Positions 58,502-64,000 of a stretch of 64,000 nucleotides of DNA are shown in pieces. The DNA lies in the NCBI GenBank assembly GCA_963729605.1, contig CAVSNY010000004.1, forward strand, positions 224,001-288,000, read 5' to 3'. The DNA comes from an uncultured Gammaproteobacteria bacterium. Lineage in GTDB: Bacteria > Pseudomonadota > Gammaproteobacteria > DRLM01. The notes under the pieces were generated by a model. It did no database searches. It saw only the letters and a list, made by a program, of their open reading frames with translations, and had not been told where the DNA came from. How positions within the stretch are numbered: the stretch's first letter is position 1; each line of letters opens with the position of its first letter. Made by a program: the position numbers and the translations under genes.

Positions 58502-60109
58502 TTAATGCAGCCGGGGCATGATTTCCAGTAGCGTTTTCAAGTCCACCTTGCGCAAAGACACCCATCCCTCCGATGTCAACGCCTCGATTTTGTCGGGTGA
58601 GATGGGGATGTCTTTTATCAATCTGACGTATTTATCCTTGGGATGTTGCGGATCGATTTCCATGGCGGGTATGTGATCGGCCTCGATCTTGAACCGCAAC
58701 AAGATCGGCTCCCGCTCGGTGACGTCGTGTTCGGAATAAAGACCTTTGCCGAATTGCTCCTCCGTGTATTCGAAGCGCTGATTGGTATACAGCTTGATGT
58801 TGTCGCGGCTGGAGGTGGTGGCTATTCTCCTCACCGAGTGTTTTTGTGAACCTTCTATCATCTCTCGGTCGCCGGTAACTTCGCTGGTTTCGCTGGCGCC
58901 GCCCTTGCCACCGCCGAGTTTGGGATCCAGGCCGGAACCTAGGACACCCGAGCCCGGTTTGGCCAGTTCGGGATGGGACAGGATGTTGCGCAGCGTGGTC
59001 AGATGAAAGACGTATTTCCCGATATTGTCTTCCCGGGCATAACCTACCGAAACGCCGCCCGCCTTGGGCGCGCCGCTGGTCTCTTCGAATTCGGATTGCT
59101 TCAATTTTTGTTTGTGCGAGGTCAGGGTGGTGACCTGGCCTTTCTCGATCCGGTGGGCGACGGTGGTGATGATGAAGGGGGAATAGTCGTGCTTGGGGAG
59201 TTCATCGGGTGTTTCATCGCGCTCGACTATGCTGTTGTCGGTGTCGAGCGGGGTGAAACCCAGTTCTACCCAGGCCGTATAAGGCCGGACGATTTTTTGG
59301 AATTTCAGCAAGGCCCGGTTCTCGTCCGAAAGATGTTCTATGACGAAATACATGTCGTCGGCGTGTTTGCCGGCATACCATCTCACCCCCGCCAAGGTGG
59401 TATGCCACTGATAATAATCCTGGTGAAAAGGCGAGGGTTTCCATACTCCTTGCAGTGGAGCGGCGTGATCCTGCGTGCCGCGGTTTTGTAAAGGCGTCAG
59501 CGCGCCGGTTTGTAAATTCTCGCCGCCGGCTTGCAGCGCGCGTGCCCCCATCCTGTCCGCCTCGCTTTCCAAACGGGCATCATCGTTGATCTGGGCGCCG
59601 GCCATCTGCAGGGTGGGTTTGACCCGCCCCTGTTGTTGCTGCACCACATGCCAGGCTTCGTGGGGCAGGTGTTTTTCCTGGCCCGTCGCCAGATGGATGT
59701 CGCGGCCTTGGGCAAAGGCATGGGCGTTTAATTGCGCGGGCTTGGAAGAATGATAGTGAACCTTGACATCGTGCATGGCGACGCCCGACAGATGTTCAAT
59801 ACCGGTTTGCAGTTTTTGAGGTAAGCCGCTTTTGGAAGGCGATCGCCGCGATGAATCCTGTAGTGCCTCTATGCGAGAACGCTGCAAGGTGGCGCCCGGG
59901 CTGACATCCGCCATGGATTGCGCGCGGGCGGCGAGTTGGAAATCAGGGCCACTCGGGAGGCCTGACCGCAATTTGTTTTGGACCACGGACGCGGGCCGCT
60001 GGTCTTGAAAAGCAAGCGCGGCCGGCGACGAGTTGGCGGTGCGGTTACGGATGGAGTGAACGATCCCGCTTTCGGCGACGGCGGTTTGCCGGTCCTGGCC
60101 TGTTTTCAT
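58502..60109 (-). CDS. DUF4157 (eCIS core-associated) protein with variable C-terminal putative toxin domain
   Basis: GLPQKLQTGIEHLSG..MHDVKVHYHSSKPAQLNAHAFAQG..IH...QEKHLPHEAWHVVQQ.QGRV.PT...LESEADRMG. Confidence 0.88.
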   Translation of the reverse strand: MKTGQDRQTAVAESGIVHSIRNRTANSSPAALAFQDQRPASVVQNKLRSGLPSGPDFQLAARAQSMADVSPGATLQRSRIEALQDSSRRSPSKSGLPQKLQTGIEHLSGVAMHDVKVHYHSSKPAQLNAHAFAQGRDIHLATGQEKHLPHEAWHVVQQQQGRVKPTLQMAGAQINDDARLESEADRMGARALQAGGENLQTGALTPLQNRGTQDHAAPLQGVWKPSPFHQDYYQWHTTLAGVRWYAGKHADDMYFVIEHLSDENRALLKFQKIVRPYTAWVELGFTPLDTDNSIVERDETPDELPKHDYSPFIITTVAHRIEKGQVTTLTSHKQKLKQSEFEETSGAPKAGGVSVGYAREDNIGKYVFHLTTLRNILSHPELAKPGSGVLGSGLDPKLGGGKGGASETSEVTGDREMIEGSQKHSVRRIATTSSRDNIKLYTNQRFEYTEEQFGKGLYSEHDVTEREPILLRFKIEADHIPAMEIDPQHPKDKYVRLIKDIPISPDKIEALTSEGWVSLRKVDLKTLLEIMPRLH

Positions 60110-60510
60110 GGCGATTCCCTGGTGATTTATACGCCCGAAGAGATGATCTTACCGCGCGCCATGCCACGTCAACCTGAAAATTATGGTCGCGGCGAAGATA
60201 TCGTGAAACTACCGGTTGCCGTGTAAAAACTTCTCTTTCATGGCAAACACTACAGCCGACTCGCGGTTAACTTTACGCGATGCGCGTGATGAGTGGCGAT
60301 GGCCTTTTTTATTTTAAATGATCACGACTCACTCAAGTCTTTGCCGAGCGGGATAAATATTCGAAGGTGGCGCTAAAGATCCGGATTTTTCCGTCTCCAT
60401 GTACTGAAGTGGCATTCCATGTGCAACCCAACAAGCAGCGACTGTGATAACGACAGCGTTGATGAAAAATTCTGGTTGTAAATTTTATTTGAATCAATTA
60501 GGAGGATGTC

Positions 60511-60906
60511 ATGAAAAAACAACTCGCTATCACCGTTCTTGCGGTGAGTTTCAGCATGGCGGCCGGCGCGGATTCCCTGTCGGGCAATGCCTCGGGCAAG
60601 GCCGGCGTGGGTGTGCAAGGCCAAGCTCAATTTAAGGACCTCGATACCAACGGCGATGGTGTCATCAGCAAAGAAGAGGCCCAGGGCCACTCCCAGATCT
60701 CCAGCAAGTTTTCCGATCTGGACAAGAATCGCAACGGTAAACTTGAGCAAGGCGAGTTCGCTCGATTCGAGACCGCTCCGCGCGATGGCACCAGCGCCCC
60801 GTCGGGTGCCGATCGCGACCGTATGCTGGATCGTAATGCCGATCCCATGAATCGCGGTGATGGTACGGGTTCGACTACCCGGCCGAACACCGGAGGCATG
60901 AATTAA
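60511..60906 (+). CDS. Secreted EF-hand protein
   Basis: Signal peptide; DTNGDGVISKEE and DKNRNGKLEQGE loops; AGGAGG RBS. Confidence 0.88.
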   Translation: MKKQLAITVLAVSFSMAAGADSLSGNASGKAGVGVQGQAQFKDLDTNGDGVISKEEAQGHSQISSKFSDLDKNRNGKLEQGEFARFETAPRDGTSAPSGADRDRMLDRNADPMNRGDGTGSTTRPNTGGMN

Positions 60907-61151
60907 GTCGATCGGATACGCGCATGACGCGATCAGCTAATGGCATAAGGATGTGCCGACGCAACCCTCCCCCCTCCCCGGGTTGCGGAGAGTCCCGAGG
61001 GGCTCCAGGGCGTGGCTGGGCGGCGTGCAGCCGTCCAGCCACTTTTTTTCGCGGTATTTGGCGATAAAGTCTTGTGTGGAATCTCCAGACTGGATAAGGG
61101 AAATATTGAAACCCGTCGCGCAAGTCCGGATTCAATTGTAAGGAGAACGAC

Positions 61152-61229
61152 GTGGGAAAATATTTTATCGCGTGGCTGCTCGGCGTTCCGGGGATAGTTT
61201 TGATCCTTATTTATTTTCTAATGAATTAA
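61152..61229 (+). CDS. 25-aa hydrophobic small protein (not in ORF track)
   Basis: MGKYFIAWLLGVPGIVLILIYFLMN*; AAGGAG RBS 6 nt before GTG. Confidence 0.75.
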   Translation: MGKYFIAWLLGVPGIVLILIYFLMN

Positions 61230-61310
61230 ACCGCGGCCGATTCGGCTGATTTATTTTCATTGATCAATTCTATTTAGAACGGTGCCGTTTCAAGCACGAC
61301 TGTAACAGGC

Positions 61311-61329
61311 AACCGCCGACGGTTTTTTT
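61311..61329 (+). terminator. Weak intrinsic terminator
   Basis: AACCG-CCGA-CGGTT followed by a T-run. Confidence 0.4.
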
Positions 61330-61437
61330 ATCCACGACCAGGTGAATAATGTTCTTGGATGACGGCTTATATCCGCGTCCACGTATGCTGTGGACGATAG
61401 CGTCTAAGCGTTTCAATCAGCGGTGAGAGATTCCGCT

Positions 61438-62847
61438 ATGGGCACCCACGTTAAGCAGCGAATTAAGCGCGACGGAGTCGCCGCTTGTTGGGGAATGATC
61501 GCGGCGGTGAGTCTGACCGGATGCGCATCCTTGCCGGTTCTGGTGCCCGATATGGCCGCTCATCCGTCCCACCCCATCCGGCTCGAGGGCGCGCGTGGTC
61601 CGCTCTCGGTCAAACAAAGCCGTATGATCCTCGACGGGCTCAAAAGCCGGGACAAAGACAGCGATATTTTCGAGCGGCATCTGGCCTTGGAGGAAGTGAT
61701 CGTCGGCAGTCCATTGGTGGTCGGCAATGATGTATCGCTGCTGGAGGACGGTCCGGCCACTTTTAAGGCGATGTTCGACGCCATCCATAATGCAAAAGAC
61801 CATATCAATATGGAAACCTATATCCTCGACGATGACGAGGTGGGCAGGCGTTTCGCCGACGCGCTCATCGCGAAACAGGCGCAGGGGGTGCAGGTAAATT
61901 TAATTTATGACAGCGTGGGCACGCTTTATACCCCTCGCGAATTTTTCCAGCGTCTCGCCGACAACGGGGTTCAACTCCTGGAATTCAACCCCGTCAATCC
62001 GCTGAAGGCGAAAAAAGGTTGGGAGGTGAATCATCGCGATCACCGAAAACTATTGATCGTCGATGGCGAGACCGCGTTCCTCGGCGGTATCAACATCAGC
62101 AGCGTCTATTCGAGCAGTTCGTTCCGTCAGCGCCCCAAACCGCCCAGGTCGGACGGCCTGCCCTGGCGCGACACCCACTTCCAAGTTCAAGGGCCGGTGG
62201 TCGCCGAGCTGCAAAAGCTGTTTATCGAGACCTGGAAGAAACAGCAGGGCGCGCCCCTCGCGCCGAGGAATTATTTTCCTCCGCTCAGCAACCGGGGCCG
62301 GGAAGTGGTGCGCGCCATCGGCAGCTCGCCCGATTATGGCTATAGCCTGATTCATACGACCTTGCTTTCGGCGATCGGCAGCGCCGAGACCAGCATCTAT
62401 TTAACCAACGCGTATTTCGTTCCCGACCCGCAGTTGCTGGCCGCGCTCAAGCAGGCCGTTCGGCGCGGCGTGGATGTCAAAATCATCCTGCCGAGCAGTA
62501 CCGATTCCGGCTTGGTGTTCCATGCCGGACGTTCCTATTACGATGAGCTGTTGAGCAGCGGCGTTAAAATTTATGAACGCCATGAGGCCCTGCTGCACGC
62601 CAAGACCGCGCTGATCGACGGGGTATGGTCGACCATAGGATCGACCAACCTGGACTGGCGAAGCTTTCTGCACAACGATGAACTGAACGCGGTCGTCCTC
62701 GGTCCTAATTTCGGTAAGCAGATGTTGGCCATGTTCGAAAAGGACCTGGCGTCGTCGCGGCTAGTCACCCTCGAGCAATGGCGCAACAGATCGTTGACCC
62801 TGCGTTTAAAGGAAATGGCGGCGAAGATCTGGGCATATTGGTTATGA
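61438..62847 (+). CDS. cls: Cardiolipin synthase (PLD superfamily) with lipobox
   Basis: HRKLLIVD and HAKTALID HKD motifs, WRDTH, GSTNLD.RS; SLTGC lipobox; start uncertain. Confidence 0.92.
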   Translation: MGTHVKQRIKRDGVAACWGMIAAVSLTGCASLPVLVPDMAAHPSHPIRLEGARGPLSVKQSRMILDGLKSRDKDSDIFERHLALEEVIVGSPLVVGNDVSLLEDGPATFKAMFDAIHNAKDHINMETYILDDDEVGRRFADALIAKQAQGVQVNLIYDSVGTLYTPREFFQRLADNGVQLLEFNPVNPLKAKKGWEVNHRDHRKLLIVDGETAFLGGINISSVYSSSSFRQRPKPPRSDGLPWRDTHFQVQGPVVAELQKLFIETWKKQQGAPLAPRNYFPPLSNRGREVVRAIGSSPDYGYSLIHTTLLSAIGSAETSIYLTNAYFVPDPQLLAALKQAVRRGVDVKIILPSSTDSGLVFHAGRSYYDELLSSGVKIYERHEALLHAKTALIDGVWSTIGSTNLDWRSFLHNDELNAVVLGPNFGKQMLAMFEKDLASSRLVTLEQWRNRSLTLRLKEMAAKIWAYWL

Positions 62848-63857
62848 CGAACCGTAAGTTTTATTCGCCGGTCCGCGGCTATCACCAGCCAGATTGGCGG
62901 AATAAATTGGAAGGGATTGATTTGGGTATTCACTCTCGCTTGCCGCGGCATCGCTGGATTAGCCGGTTCAACCAGGCGGTGCTGAGTTTTTTGTTAATTA
63001 TGGTCTTGTATCCGGCCGTGGGCTGGACCCGGGCCGAGCCGGAGCAATCCGATCCGGTCGCGGCGCTGCGCAGTCAATATCAAGCCTTGAGCGATCAGTC
63101 CAAGGATAACCAGTTTCATGAGCCGCTTTATCTGCATTCCAATGAGACCGAGGATAAGCTGACGGGCGATATCCATGCGCTGATCGATCACCCGTTTTCA
63201 ACGGTGGCCGCGATGCTGGCCAAGGCGGAAAACTGGTGCGACATCCTGATCCTGCACCCCAACACCAAATATTGCCGCGCGGCGCCCGCCGAACCCGCCA
63301 CGGACATCGCCGTGTATGTCGGCCGCAAGTACGACCAGCCGCTGGAGGAGGCCTCGCGGGTAAATTTCAAATATAAGCTCGCCGAGAAGAATAGCGATTA
63401 TTTGCAAGTGCAATTACATGCCGACGCCGGTCCGCTCGGTACCCACGATTATCGAATCATGATCGAGGCCGTGGCGATGGACGACAAGCGCACCCTCATT
63501 CACTTTGCCTATTCTTATTCCTATGGCCTCATGAGCCGCCTGGCCATGCGGACCTATCTCGGCACGGTCGGCCGGGACAAGGTGGGATTCACCATCACCG
63601 GCCGCCAAGCAGACGGGCAACCCATTTACGTCAAAGGCATGCGCGGGGTGGTGGAACGCAACACCATGCGTTATTACCTGGCCATCGAAAGTTTTTTCGA
63701 TACGGCGGCGGTACCCGCGCCGGATAGGCTCGAAAAGCGGCTGAGCGATTGGTTCGCGGCGTCGGCGGTCTATTCGAAGCAACTTCATGAAATGGAACGC
63801 GATGAATATCTCGAAATGAAACGCAGTGAATATCGGCGGCAGAGCGAGACGCAATAG
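62844..63857 (+). CDS. Hypothetical exported protein
   Basis: Long ORF with ATGA overlap on the cls stop, hydrophobic signal-like segment and globular remainder; start uncertain. Confidence 0.7.
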   Translation: MTNRKFYSPVRGYHQPDWRNKLEGIDLGIHSRLPRHRWISRFNQAVLSFLLIMVLYPAVGWTRAEPEQSDPVAALRSQYQALSDQSKDNQFHEPLYLHSNETEDKLTGDIHALIDHPFSTVAAMLAKAENWCDILILHPNTKYCRAAPAEPATDIAVYVGRKYDQPLEEASRVNFKYKLAEKNSDYLQVQLHADAGPLGTHDYRIMIEAVAMDDKRTLIHFAYSYSYGLMSRLAMRTYLGTVGRDKVGFTITGRQADGQPIYVKGMRGVVERNTMRYYLAIESFFDTAAVPAPDRLEKRLSDWFAASAVYSKQLHEMERDEYLEMKRSEYRRQSETQ

Positions 63858-63916
63858 CCATCCGCCGTACCGATGATGGCCAATCACGGTTGCGGCGGCG
63901 TGCGCGGAGGTGGGTC

Positions 63917-64000
63917 ATGGGGATGGAAATAGTCATCGGTTTAAGCGTGCTGGCGTTCGCCGGGGTGGGTTTCATTCTCTATTTGATCAAGCTCGATCGG
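63917..64000 (+). CDS. Small membrane protein, 5' part (runs off window)
   Basis: GGAGG RBS; MGMEIVIGLSVLAFAGVGFILYLIKLDR... Confidence 0.5.
   Translation, partial: MGMEIVIGLSVLAFAGVGFILYLIKLDR

Noticed and set aside
1-64000. CRISPR arrays, tRNA/rRNA genes, integrases, transposases, prophage or defence genes
   Set aside because: None recognised on either strand

Overview
A GC-rich (visually ~60%) proteobacterial chromosomal segment, probably gammaproteobacterial judging by the cheZ-cheA-cheB-motC-motD-parA-cheW-cheW-DUF2802 gene order. In order it holds: the end of a flagellar/chemotaxis cluster; the AmmeMemoRadiSam trio; assorted housekeeping genes; three GGDEF-EAL proteins; a LysR-controlled ygiD/doxX/quinone-reductase cassette; a signalling operon (29.8-38.5 kb); a frameshifted GDSL hydrolase; a yybP-ykoY riboswitch-controlled GDT1 transporter; a large hybrid kinase plus diguanylate cyclase; a Fur-boxed hemP-tonB-exbBD-receptor-piuC iron operon; cbpAM; an orphan DUF4157 (eCIS-associated) protein with a possible ADP-ribosyltransferase-like C-terminus; and a cardiolipin synthase. 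The best candidate for an undescribed system is the 29.8-38.5 kb operon. It has three related histidine kinases, an MglA/SofG-like small GTPase with no MglB, and a PilB/GspE-type ATPase fused to a receiver domain, with a degenerate MshEN c-di-GMP motif and no pilus or secretion structural genes nearby. Two families of short structured intergenic repeats recur (one a ~150-bp TTAA-flanked MITE with covarying hairpins). Several small ORFs missing from the ORF track and several sigma-28-like promoters were read directly from the sequence. No rRNA, tRNA, CRISPR array or intact transposase was seen. All family assignments come from motif recognition by eye; no database searches were run.
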